Source: Terriglobia bacterium (GTDB taxonomy: Bacteria; Acidobacteriota; Terriglobia; UBA7540). Taken from it: a stretch of DNA of 64,000 nucleotides. The notes under the pieces are model-generated. The model was not told the DNA's origin, searched no databases, and was given only the letters and a program-made list of their open reading frames with translations. The stretch covers positions 16,308 through 80,307 of the forward strand of contig JASHON010000083.1 of the NCBI GenBank assembly GCA_030041095.1, given 5' to 3'. A program made the position numbers and the translations under genes. Shown piece by piece: positions 1 through 9,439 of the stretch (position 1 is the first letter of the stretch; each line of letters starts with the position of its first letter).

Positions 1-9
1 AGCCGGCTT

Positions 10-552
10 ATGAAACCACCCCAAGCGCTTCGCCGGCGCGCGAGGAGCCACGCCCGCCGGATTCGATGTGGGGTTTCAAACCGTCAGAGACGCGTCAAAG
101 TAGAAGTTAGCGGCCTCCGGCGATTCGTCCGCGCTCTTCACTCTCAACTTCGTCTTGGGCAGCGCTGGTTTGAGGTGACGCTGGTCGGCAGCCGGGAAAT
201 GGCGCGGCTTAACAGGACGTTTCGGAGCAAGCCGCATCCGACCGATGTGCTTTCGTTTCCCTGGCATCTGAATCATTCTGCCGGCGAAATCGGCGTGCCG
301 AAACAGGACCCGCTCCGTGGCTTTCTGGGTGACATCGTGATTTCCGCAGAAATCGCGCGCAGGAACGCCGCTCAAGAAGGCCACTCGCCGGAGATCGAGC
401 TTCGCCAGCTCATTCTTCACGGAGCGCTTCATTTGCTGGGCTACGACCACGAAAACGATCGTGGTGAAATGGCGGCGTTGGAACTTTCCTTGCGGCGCGA
501 ACTGAAGATTGACCGAGACTCCGTTCACTGCACGTCATTCATCGGGAAATGA
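10..552 (+). CDS. ybeY: rRNA maturation endoribonuclease YbeY
   Basis: HGALHLLGYDHEND metal-binding motif of YbeY. The reading frame stays open to the left window edge, so the true start is uncertain. It lies directly upstream of era, a common arrangement. Confidence 0.85.
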   Translation: MKPPQALRRRARSHARRIRCGVSNRQRRVKVEVSGLRRFVRALHSQLRLGQRWFEVTLVGSREMARLNRTFRSKPHPTDVLSFPWHLNHSAGEIGVPKQDPLRGFLGDIVISAEIARRNAAQEGHSPEIELRQLILHGALHLLGYDHENDRGEMAALELSLRRELKIDRDSVHCTSFIGK

Positions 553-553
553 G

Positions 554-1459
554 ATGCCGGAGCCGGTGTTGAGCCAGCCGTTCCGTTGTGGCTTTGTCGC
601 CGCCGTCGGCAGGCCGAACGCCGGCAAGAGCACACTCGTCAACTCCCTCGTCGGCGAGAAAGTTTCCATCGTCACTCCCGTTCCTCAAACCACCCGCAAT
701 CGCATTCTCGGATTCAGTAACCGGCCCGGCGCTCAGGTGATTTTCATGGACACCCCCGGAACGCATAAGCCACGCACCCGGCTGGAACAACAGATGATGC
801 AATTCGTTCACGATGCTCTCACCCAGCGTGATCTGGCGCTGTTCATCGTCGACGCCTCGGCCAGCGCCGGCAAGGGAGATGAATATGTCATCGAGTTGCT
901 ACGGGAGCATCAGACGCGAGCCATTTTGGCGCTGAACAAGATTGATGTGATCCGAAAGCCGCGTCTTCTGCCTCTGATCGATCGCTTTTCCAAGCTTTAT
1001 GACTTCGAGGAGATTTTTCCGATTTCCGCGCTGCGCGGCGAAGGCCTGGAGGCGCTGTATGCGGCTCTTGCGGAGCGATTGCCGGAAGGCGAAGCCCTCT
1101 TTCCGCCCGACCATTACACTGATCAGCCGGAGCGTTTTCTGGCCGGCGAATTGATCCGCGAGAAGGTGATCCTGAACACCCACCAGGAACTGCCGCACGT
1201 CACGGCGGTGCAGGTTGAGGAATGGCAGGAAACTGAGCGGCTTACCCGCATTCGTGCGGATATTCTGGTGGAAAAACAATCCCAGAAGCCGATCGTCATC
1301 GGCGCGGAGGGCGCGCGCATTCGAAAGATTGGAACCGAGGCGCGGATGGAGTTGGAGCGGATTTTCCCTCCAAAGGTTTTTCTGGAGTTGTACGTTCGCG
1401 TCGCTCCGGACTGGCGAAACGACCGTACAGCGCTCGGAACCCTCGATTATAGGGGTTAG
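554..1459 (+). CDS. era: GTPase Era
   Basis: P-loop GRPNAGKSTLVN, DTPG and NKID GTPase motifs plus a C-terminal KH-like region. Start moved to ATG 554, next to the ybeY stop, because the track start at 509 overlaps ybeY. Confidence 0.9.
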   Translation: MPEPVLSQPFRCGFVAAVGRPNAGKSTLVNSLVGEKVSIVTPVPQTTRNRILGFSNRPGAQVIFMDTPGTHKPRTRLEQQMMQFVHDALTQRDLALFIVDASASAGKGDEYVIELLREHQTRAILALNKIDVIRKPRLLPLIDRFSKLYDFEEIFPISALRGEGLEALYAALAERLPEGEALFPPDHYTDQPERFLAGELIREKVILNTHQELPHVTAVQVEEWQETERLTRIRADILVEKQSQKPIVIGAEGARIRKIGTEARMELERIFPPKVFLELYVRVAPDWRNDRTALGTLDYRG

Positions 1460-1467
1460 CGCCTCTT

Positions 1468-2850
1468 TTATTCGTCTCCCGCGGTAATTCCGAGCGATTT
1501 CATCTTGCGATACAAATTGCTTCGCTCGAGTCCCAGCGCCTCCGCCGCGCGGCTGACGTTGCCCCGGTTTTCTTCGAGCGTTTGCAGAATGTAGGCTCGT
1601 TCGTAAGACGTGCGCGCCTCCTGGAGACTGGCAAACCCCGCCAAGCGGCCGGCGCCCAAAGGAAAAACAGCCCGCATGTGGTTGTCGTCGCGCCGCGCTC
1701 CGACAGGCAAATGGCGCCGCTCGATGCGGACGCCGGGAACCATGATCACCAGCCGTTCCACCAGATTGCGCAACTCGCGCACGTTGCCCGGCCAGCGGTA
1801 CTGAACCAGCGCCTCCATCGCTGCATCGCTGAGGTGTTTCTTCCTGCGGCCATACAGGCGTGAAAACTCGTCCAGAAAGTAGCTCACCAGCACGGGGATG
1901 TCTTCACGGCGCTCGCGCAGCGCCGGAACGTAAAAGGGGATGACGTTGAGACGGTAGAAGAGGTCCTCGCGAAAGTTTCCCTTTGCGATTTCTTCCTGCA
2001 GATTCTTGTTGGTTGCGGCAATGATGCGTACATCAACCGTGAGGTTCGATCGGGAGCCTACCGGAGTGAACCGCTGTTCCTCGGTCACCCGAAGCACCTT
2101 GGATTGCGTCCGCAGGCTCATATCGCCCACTTCATCCAGAAAAAGCGTGCCCGAATCCGCCTGCTCGAACTTTCCTGTTTTGTCCTCGACGGCTCCCGTG
2201 AAGGAACCTTTGACGTGACCGAACAACTCGCTTTCAATGAGTTCTTCCGGTATGGCGGCGCAATTCACCTCTACAAAAGGCCGCTGAGCGCGCGGGCTGC
2301 CGTGATGGAGCGCATGCGCCACCAACTCCTTCCCTGCGCCGCTTTCGCCGTAAATGAGAACGCGGCCGTTGGTAGGTCCGGCCAGGGCAAGCTGCTGGCG
2401 CAAGGCTTTCATCGGCACGCTATCTCCCAGCAGGCGATGGCGGCCCTGGATCTCCTCCTGGAGCTGGCGATTTTGTTCGGCCAGATTGAGCTCCTCGACG
2501 GCATGCGAAAGTGTGAGGAGCGTCTTATCAACGGACAGTGGCTTTTCGATAAAGTCGAACGCGCCCAGCTTCGTTGCGCGCACAGCCGTCTCGATGGTTC
2601 CGTGCCCGGTAATCATGATGACCATAGGAGGCTGCTCGGTGGCCTGAACTTTTTCCAAGGTCTCGAGTCCGTCCATGCCGGGCAGCCAGATATCGAGCAG
2701 AACCAGATCAAACCTCTCACGGGCCAGCCACTGCAAGCATTCTTCACCGCTGGCAGCCGCCGAAACCTTGTACCCTTCGTCCGCAAGGACGTCGCCCAGC
2801 GAGCGGCGGATGCCCGCTTCATCATCTACAATGAGAACGGAGATTTTCAT
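1468..2850 (-). CDS. sigma54-dependent response regulator (NtrC/AtoC family)
   Basis: N-terminal receiver domain, AAA+ domain with GESGAGKE Walker A and a GSFTGA (GAFTGA-type) loop, and a C-terminal HTH. It is translationally coupled to the upstream kinase gene. Confidence 0.9.
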   Translation of the reverse strand: MKISVLIVDDEAGIRRSLGDVLADEGYKVSAAASGEECLQWLARERFDLVLLDIWLPGMDGLETLEKVQATEQPPMVIMITGHGTIETAVRATKLGAFDFIEKPLSVDKTLLTLSHAVEELNLAEQNRQLQEEIQGRHRLLGDSVPMKALRQQLALAGPTNGRVLIYGESGAGKELVAHALHHGSPRAQRPFVEVNCAAIPEELIESELFGHVKGSFTGAVEDKTGKFEQADSGTLFLDEVGDMSLRTQSKVLRVTEEQRFTPVGSRSNLTVDVRIIAATNKNLQEEIAKGNFREDLFYRLNVIPFYVPALRERREDIPVLVSYFLDEFSRLYGRRKKHLSDAAMEALVQYRWPGNVRELRNLVERLVIMVPGVRIERRHLPVGARRDDNHMRAVFPLGAGRLAGFASLQEARTSYERAYILQTLEENRGNVSRAAEALGLERSNLYRKMKSLGITAGDE

Positions 2851-5078
2851 CAGTTCATGGAGGCGGAGGGCTCAGCGGGAATCTCGATGACGAACTGCGT
2901 TCCGGAAGGCCAGTTCTTCTCCACGCGGATGGCGCCGTGGTGCTCCGATACAATTCTGCTGACGATCGCGAGTCCCAATCCAGTCCCTCTCTGCTTGGTG
3001 GAGTAGAAGGGCAGAAAAAGCCGTTCCTTGGCTTCCGGAGAAATACCGGGGCCGCTGTCCGCCACCACAGCGTAAACCAGCTCGCGCTCCAGGTCAGCGC
3101 GCGTTCGTACCCAGATTTCCTTCACCGGTGCAGCTTCCAGAGCTTCAGCCGCGTTATCGATGAGGTTTACGACCACCCGCTTCATCTGCTCGGGATCCGC
3201 GCGAACCGTAGGAATGTCTCCTGCCAGATCGCGGTGGATGACGATGTTGGCGAGCCGCCCATCAAAGACCTCAAGAGCAGTCTCGACGATGCGGTTGAGG
3301 CTGGAAGGCACGGGCTGGGAGGCCGGGAAACGCGCAAAGCGTGAGAATTCGTCGACCAGCTTCTTGAGCGTGGAGACCTCGCGGGTGATCAGCGAAGCGC
3401 TTTCGCCTACGGCAGCAAGCAATGCCGGCTGGGCCCCGTCCGCAGGTGATTTTGCGATCAGCCGGCGGATTCGCTCGGACGAAAGCTGGATCGGTGTCAA
3501 TGGATTCTTGATCTCATGCGCGACCCTCTGGGCCACTTCGCGCCAGGCGGCGCTTCGCTGGGCCTGCACGACGTCCGTAAGGTCTTCCAGCACCATAACG
3601 AACCCGATGGCGCCGTGCTGGGCTGAAACGGAAGAAAGCGTGAGCCCCATGAGCGCCCGGCGCTCGCCCAAACCCAAGGTCAACTGCCGGTTCACCACCC
3701 CTTGGCGCTTCGCTCGCCGAAAGAGGCGCGAAATCTCCCGCGCGTCGTCAGCCGGGAAGAGATCGCCCAGGTTGCGAGCCCCTTCCAGCCCCTTTCTGCC
3801 AAACATCTGCAGCGCCATGGGGTTCATTTGCGTGATTTCACCGAGCGGATTGAAAGAAATCACTCCGGTTGGCACATTCTCCAGAATGGCGCCCATGGTG
3901 CTCGTTCTTTCTCCCAACTCGCGGTAGGCTTGCTGCAATTCCCCATTTCCCTTTTCGATGGCTCTGCGGTTCTCTTCGAGTTGGATCGTCATTTCGTTGA
4001 ACATGCGGATGAGGCTGCCTAATTCCGCATCCGCACGCGCGGAAATCTGCCAGCCGAGGTTGCCTTTCGAAACCTCGTGCGTTGCCTCCGCCAACGCTTG
4101 GATGGGTACGGTCACCTGTTTTGCGAAGAACATGGCAGCCCACGTGGCCACGAAGAGAATGATCACCGTAAGAAGGAAGAGAATGAGCAGATACGCTTGT
4201 TTCAGCCGTCGATTCTGCCGTCCCAAGGCGTCATACCGGTGAGCCTCATTGCTGATTTGGTTGGCCATATGCTGGACGTTGAGCGGCAGGCGCCGCGCCG
4301 CCAGAACAGTTCCCAGACGAACGCCGCTGGCGCCGAGCACGGGGAATGCTGCCAGGAAGGTCCCAGACTGCCCTTTGCCTCCGCGCGCCGTGATCCCGCC
4401 CAGCGGAAGCCGATCCCAGGCCACGCGCGGAAACAGCCGGGGAAGATCATGGAGCGCAGGATACGATTCACCGGCGCGGGCAAGCAGACGCCCTCGAGTG
4501 TCGAGGCACAGCGCAGACTCAAGCCCCAGCTCCTCCACTTTGCGTTCCAGCATCCGCGTGAGTTCGCTTGTGTTCCCCGTCTCGAGCTCCGCCGGCATGC
4601 CTGGGACGGCCGCCAGCCGTCCTGCATCGTTCAGCGTTGCCTGCTGTGACTGCTGGGTGAGTTGGGCGGTAAGCGCGCTGGCGTCTTTCCTCAGCGTGTC
4701 GAACGGAATGCCAAACCATTTGTCGATGCTTCGGTTGATGAGCCCATAAGAGAAAAGAACAAGGAAACATACCGGAACCAGGGAGAGCCCCAGGAAAGCG
4801 ACCACCATCCTGGTCTTGAAGCGGGACCCGAGCTGGTTTTGCCGCCGCTCGAAGTAAAGTTTCACCAGAATTCGCGCCAGGATGAGCAAAAAGATGATGA
4901 AGGCCACAACGATGACGGCGGATAGGACATCGAGCAGAATGGTTTCTGCAGCGTCTTGAGGGTGAATGAAGCTCAAGTTGAGAGAGGCTTGGCTCCAACC
5001 CAGCAGGAAAAGGATGGGGACCAGGACGAGGAGGAAGACCAGAAGCGCGTGATGAGAGCGTTGCCGTCTTTCTGACAT
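2850..5078 (-). CDS. sensor histidine kinase (NtrY-like: TM, HAMP, PAS, HisKA, HATPase)
   Basis: N-terminal hydrophobic segments, H-box HEIKNPLTPI, and a C-terminal ATPase region with GTGLGLAIV. It overlaps the regulator start by 1 nt. Confidence 0.85.
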   Translation of the reverse strand: MSERRQRSHHALLVFLLVLVPILFLLGWSQASLNLSFIHPQDAAETILLDVLSAVIVVAFIIFLLILARILVKLYFERRQNQLGSRFKTRMVVAFLGLSLVPVCFLVLFSYGLINRSIDKWFGIPFDTLRKDASALTAQLTQQSQQATLNDAGRLAAVPGMPAELETGNTSELTRMLERKVEELGLESALCLDTRGRLLARAGESYPALHDLPRLFPRVAWDRLPLGGITARGGKGQSGTFLAAFPVLGASGVRLGTVLAARRLPLNVQHMANQISNEAHRYDALGRQNRRLKQAYLLILFLLTVIILFVATWAAMFFAKQVTVPIQALAEATHEVSKGNLGWQISARADAELGSLIRMFNEMTIQLEENRRAIEKGNGELQQAYRELGERTSTMGAILENVPTGVISFNPLGEITQMNPMALQMFGRKGLEGARNLGDLFPADDAREISRLFRRAKRQGVVNRQLTLGLGERRALMGLTLSSVSAQHGAIGFVMVLEDLTDVVQAQRSAAWREVAQRVAHEIKNPLTPIQLSSERIRRLIAKSPADGAQPALLAAVGESASLITREVSTLKKLVDEFSRFARFPASQPVPSSLNRIVETALEVFDGRLANIVIHRDLAGDIPTVRADPEQMKRVVVNLIDNAAEALEAAPVKEIWVRTRADLERELVYAVVADSGPGISPEAKERLFLPFYSTKQRGTGLGLAIVSRIVSEHHGAIRVEKNWPSGTQFVIEIPAEPSASMN

Positions 5079-5082
5079 AACT

Positions 5083-5428
5083 TCAAGCCGTGCGAAACAT
5101 GGAGACCGCGAACGGCCGTCTCAGCCGCCGGCCCTTCCGGCCGCTAAAGTCCCGCAGCCTTCTCCTCTCCTTGCAACGCTGGCCGAGCTGCCTCCTCTTG
5201 GGCCGGCGTGGGAAGTTCGTCGCCTGGCGCACAAAGTTCCCCGTTGTGCCAGGCAGTGTGCTGAGTGCAAATCGCCCCAAGGATCGCCTCCGGGCGCGTC
5301 TTCCCCCGCCACCATTCCTGTGAGCCAAAGCGCTGAAGGAGCTTGCGGTAGTATCTGGACAGGTCTCGCCCCTTCTCCCCCTGGCAGGCTCGTCCAGCCC
5401 CTGTCATATGGGTTAAAGTTATGCCCAC
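5083..5428 (-). pseudogene. 5' remnant of an endonuclease III-related (HhH-GPD) gene
   Basis: LSRYYRKLLQRFGSQEWWRGKTRPEAILGAICTQHTAW matches the conserved N-terminus of endonuclease III-related proteins. The similarity then seems to continue in another frame and stops at the kinase gene start, well short of a full-length protein. Confidence 0.4.
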
Positions 5429-5659
5429 GCCCTGACGATGTCAAGCTTGTGGGATAAGGGCCAACTGGGAAGTCCGGTGAAGTGGCTTTGTCCGGTCAAG
5501 CTGCCGGGCGTTCGCTTGAGAGCGAAGGAGTTCGCGGTCGGTTTTCATTTCCCTTGGGTCCATTAAAGCACGAAATGATTCCATCCAGCGGCCGGGGGGG
5601 AAAGCGTGAGGTCGTCTCTGTCAGAATGTCGGTTCGCCCATCCACATCCAGGATAATGC

Positions 5660-6940
5660 ATGCCATTCTCGTCCTCTAACGCCGACGAACGCTTACTTAC
5701 GATTCCTTCTGACGGTAACACGCCGTTCGCCGGGCCGAGCCCCGGTGAATCAGAGGGCGGTGCGGAAGAAGCTCCAGTTATCCGGCTTGTTAACTATATC
5801 CTGACGGACGCGGTCAAGCGTGGCGCCAGCGATGTTCACATGGAGCCCTATGAAAAAGAATTCAGGATCCGTTACCGCATCGACGGAGTTCTCCAGGCGG
5901 TCATGACGCCGCCGGCGCGGCTGCGTGATGCGATGATCAGCCGCGTGAAAATCATGGCGCGGCTGGACATTGCCGAAAAGCGGCTGCCCCAGGATGGTCG
6001 GATCGTCATGAACTTGACGCACCAAGGGAAGATGAAGCAGCTCGATTTGCGGGTTTCTGTCCTGCCCACCCTTCATGGCGAGAAAATCGTCATGAGGCTC
6101 TTGGACAAAGAGAACCTTCGCCTCGATATGACCGGTTTGGGATTTGAGCCCGAATCGCTCGACAAGTTCCAGAAAGCCATCTTCAAGCCTTACGGCATGG
6201 TTCTTGTGACCGGGCCCACCGGAAGCGGCAAAACGAATACGCTCTACTCCTCTCTCGTCCAGTTGAATAAGGACGAGACCAACATCACGACGGCCGAGGA
6301 TCCGGTGGAATATCAGTTGCCAGGAATCAATCAGGTTCAGATGAAGGACCAAATCGGCCTGAACTTTGCCGCTGCGCTTCGCTCGTTCTTGCGTCAGGAC
6401 CCTAACATCATCATGGTGGGCGAAATCCGGGATGCGGAAACCGCCGAAATCGGAATCAAGGCCGCCCTGACAGGTCATCTGGTGCTCTCGACGCTCCACA
6501 CCAACGATGCCCCGTCCGCCATCACGCGGCTCATCAATATGGGAATCGAGCCTTTTCTCGTGGCCACATCGGTGAATCTCGTCTGCGCCCAGCGTTTGGT
6601 GCGCACCCTCTGCCCTGACTGCAAAGCCCCGGCTCCCACGAACAAACCCCTCCTGATGGCGGAGGGATTCTCCTCCGAGGAGGCGGAAAGCACCGTCGTT
6701 TACAAGGGCGCAGGGTGTGGCGCCTGCGGAGGCCGGGGATACAAAGGGCGCATCGGCTTGTACGAAGTCATGGAGTTAACGGAAGAGATTCGGGATATGA
6801 TCCTGGCCGGTGCGTCGGCGTTGGAGTTGAAGCGAAAAGCCGCCGAACAGGGGATGATCTCCCTGCGGCGCAGCGGCTTGATTAAAGTCATGGCGGGCAG
6901 AACGACGCTCGAAGAAGTCATCCGCGAAACCGTGCTCTGA
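5660..6940 (+). CDS. pilB: type IV pilus / type II secretion ATPase (GspE/PilB family), short form
   Basis: GPTGSGKT Walker A, Asp and His boxes, and a tetracysteine CPDC...CGACGG motif. At 426 aa it lacks the long N-terminal domain of canonical PilB. Confidence 0.85.
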   Translation: MPFSSSNADERLLTIPSDGNTPFAGPSPGESEGGAEEAPVIRLVNYILTDAVKRGASDVHMEPYEKEFRIRYRIDGVLQAVMTPPARLRDAMISRVKIMARLDIAEKRLPQDGRIVMNLTHQGKMKQLDLRVSVLPTLHGEKIVMRLLDKENLRLDMTGLGFEPESLDKFQKAIFKPYGMVLVTGPTGSGKTNTLYSSLVQLNKDETNITTAEDPVEYQLPGINQVQMKDQIGLNFAAALRSFLRQDPNIIMVGEIRDAETAEIGIKAALTGHLVLSTLHTNDAPSAITRLINMGIEPFLVATSVNLVCAQRLVRTLCPDCKAPAPTNKPLLMAEGFSSEEAESTVVYKGAGCGACGGRGYKGRIGLYEVMELTEEIRDMILAGASALELKRKAAEQGMISLRRSGLIKVMAGRTTLEEVIRETVL

Positions 6941-7002
6941 GGTCTGACGGCCGCAGCGCCTGAGCTCGTCTGGCTCGCCCGGAGTGGGAAAGAGATCCTT
7001 CG

Positions 7003-8163
7003 ATGGCAATGTACGAACAAGAGACGACGTCGCTGAATCTCAGCGATCTTCTCCGCCAGATGGTTGAAGCGGGCGGGTCAGACCTGCACCTTACCACCAA
7101 TTCGCCTCCGCGCATCCGCGTTCATGGAGAGCTGAAGCCCATCGACGGCTTGCCCTCTCTTGGGCCGGCTGAAACCAAGCAGCTTGCCTACAGCGTTCTG
7201 ACTGAAGTGCAGAAGCACCGCTTCGAGGAAAATCTCGAATTGGATTTTTCGTTCGGCCTCAAGGGGTTGGCCCGCTTCCGGGGCAACCTGTTCAACCAGC
7301 GAGGATCGACGGCCGCAGTCTTCCGGATGATTCCCTATGAAATTAAGACTGCGGAAGAGCTCGGCTTGCCTCCCATCGTGCGCAAGCTGTGCCAGAAGCC
7401 TCGTGGTCTGGTTCTGGTTACAGGACCGACGGGAAGCGGCAAATCCACAACGCTTGCAACCATGCTGAACGAAATCAACGAAACCCGGCTGGAGCACATG
7501 GTGACCATCGAGGACCCCATCGAGTTCGTTCATCACCACAAGCAGTGCCTCGTGAATCAGCGCGAAGTCCATTTTGATACGCATTCGTTCGCAAACGCCC
7601 TGCGCGGAGTCTTGCGTGCGGATCCGGACGTGGTGCTCATTGGAGAAATGCGCGACCTTGAGACCATTGAATCCGCGCTAAGAATTGCCGAGACGGGCCA
7701 CTTGACCTTCGGAACGCTGCACACGAATTCGGCTGCTTCCACCATCAACCGCATCATCGACGTCTTTCCCCCTCACCAGCAACCGCAGATTCGTTCCCAG
7801 CTTTCGCTGGTCCTGGAAGGCATTTTGTGCCAATCCTTGTTGCCGCGCGCGGATAAGCAAGGACGGGTGATGGCGATGGAAATATTGATTCCCAACCCGG
7901 CGATTCGCAACCTGATCCGCGAAGACAAGGTGCATCAGGTTTACGGCGCCATGCAGTCAGGCCAGGAAAAGTATGGCATGCAGACTTTTAACCAGTCGCT
8001 GTGCGCCCTCTATCAGAATCGGCTGATTACCCTTCAAGTAGCGCTTGGACGCTCGAGCAACGCGGATGAGCTTCAGGAAATGATCAACCGGAGGGTAGCG
8101 GGCAACGGGGATTCGCGCCCCAGCCCCGCAATGCCGCTCGTCCGCGGTGAAAAGTTGGCCTGA
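7003..8163 (+). CDS. pilT: twitching motility ATPase PilT
   Basis: GPTGSGKST Walker A and the PilT signature AIRNLIRE. Confidence 0.9.
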   Translation: MAMYEQETTSLNLSDLLRQMVEAGGSDLHLTTNSPPRIRVHGELKPIDGLPSLGPAETKQLAYSVLTEVQKHRFEENLELDFSFGLKGLARFRGNLFNQRGSTAAVFRMIPYEIKTAEELGLPPIVRKLCQKPRGLVLVTGPTGSGKSTTLATMLNEINETRLEHMVTIEDPIEFVHHHKQCLVNQREVHFDTHSFANALRGVLRADPDVVLIGEMRDLETIESALRIAETGHLTFGTLHTNSAASTINRIIDVFPPHQQPQIRSQLSLVLEGILCQSLLPRADKQGRVMAMEILIPNPAIRNLIREDKVHQVYGAMQSGQEKYGMQTFNQSLCALYQNRLITLQVALGRSSNADELQEMINRRVAGNGDSRPSPAMPLVRGEKLA

Positions 8164-8187
8164 TTCCAGGCCAGGGAAGGTTGAACG

Positions 8188-9414
8188 ATGGCAGGACAGC
8201 AAGCTGCAAGGAGTCACGGCGCAACGGGAGTTCTGCCCGGCGTTCGGGTGTTGAACCAGCCCCGAGCCTTCTCAGGCGCCCCACAGCGCGCTGCGGCGAA
8301 GTGGGAAGTGGCTGAAAGCCGCGCTCGCCCTGGCGCCCCCACAAAGACTGAGAAGGTGGGCCGCATTACGGCCAAGGATCTGGCCGTTTTTACCCGGCAG
8401 TTTTCCGTCATGATCGATGCCGGATTGCCTCTCGTCCAGTGTCTCGATATTCTTGCCGGGCAGCAGCAGAATCAACACCTTGCCAAGGCGCTCCGGGGCG
8501 TTCGTGGCTCGGTTGAAGGTGGGGCAACCCTCGCCAACTCCCTTCGAATCTTTCCCACGGTTTTCGATGAGCTGTACGTGAACATGGTTGAGGCCGGAGA
8601 AGCCGGCGGCATCCTCGACGGCATCCTGCGCCGGCTGTCCACTTATATTGAGAAGGCAGTCAAACTGAAGCGCGCAGTGAAATCCGCTATGATCTATCCG
8701 GTTGCCGTTATTCTGATTGCCTCCGGAATTCTCGTCTTGCTCTTGTGGAAAGTGGTCCCGATCTTTGCCACCCTTTTCAAGGGACTCGGCACGACCTTGC
8801 CCCTGCCCACCCGGATTGTGATCGCTATGAGTCACGACGTGTCGCATTACGGCGGGTTTGTCGTGGTGGCGCTCGGGATCGGCGGCTACCTGCTGAAGCG
8901 ATATTATGCGACGGAGGAAGGGCGTCTGAGGGTTGACCGGCTTCTCCTGAAGGTTCCTGTTCTCGGCGCGGTCCTGCGAAAAATTGCTGTGGCGCGCTTC
9001 ACTCGGACGCTCGGCACGCTCATTACGAGCGGCGTCTCGATGCTGGAAGCCATGGAAATCACCGCGCATACGGCCGGCAATGCCGTGGTGGAAAAGGCGA
9101 TCCTCGAAGTGCGCAGGGGTGTCGAAAGCGGGCAAACCATCGTCGATCCGTTAAGAGCCACCGAAGTTTTTCCAAACATGGTAGTGCAGATGATCGGCGT
9201 GGGGGAACAGACCGGCGCGCTCGACGCCATGCTTCAGAAGGTCGCGGATTTTTATGAGGAGGAAGTCGATGCGGCGGTTGGAAATCTGCTCGCGGCGATG
9301 GAGCCGATCATCATTCTATTCCTCGGCACGGTCGTCGGCGGCGTAGTTATATCCATGTATATGCCGCTATTCAGCCTGATTGGAAAGCTTGCCGGAGGGT
9401 CGGGCGGCGGATAA
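8188..9414 (+). CDS. pilC: type IV pilus platform protein PilC (GspF family)
   Basis: Two GspF-type repeats with TM segments. The first ~60 codons are low complexity, so the true start may lie further downstream. Confidence 0.85.
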   Translation: MAGQQAARSHGATGVLPGVRVLNQPRAFSGAPQRAAAKWEVAESRARPGAPTKTEKVGRITAKDLAVFTRQFSVMIDAGLPLVQCLDILAGQQQNQHLAKALRGVRGSVEGGATLANSLRIFPTVFDELYVNMVEAGEAGGILDGILRRLSTYIEKAVKLKRAVKSAMIYPVAVILIASGILVLLLWKVVPIFATLFKGLGTTLPLPTRIVIAMSHDVSHYGGFVVVALGIGGYLLKRYYATEEGRLRVDRLLLKVPVLGAVLRKIAVARFTRTLGTLITSGVSMLEAMEITAHTAGNAVVEKAILEVRRGVESGQTIVDPLRATEVFPNMVVQMIGVGEQTGALDAMLQKVADFYEEEVDAAVGNLLAAMEPIIILFLGTVVGGVVISMYMPLFSLIGKLAGGSGGG

Positions 9415-9439
9415 CAGAGCGGCGATCGGGAGCTGGAGA

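Noticed and set aside
2104-3006. Long antisense ORFs opposite well-supported genes. Examples are 2104-3006, 5750-6499, 8272-9135, 17478-18284, 21091-21837, 22664-23419, 26081-26941, 40161-40841, 47728-48432, 51415-52170, 52222-52974, 60727-61548 and 63196-63999.
   Set aside because: Each lies fully inside or mostly overlaps a gene on the other strand that has strong family motifs. Their sequences are Arg/Pro/Gly-rich, as expected for antisense frames in high-GC DNA.
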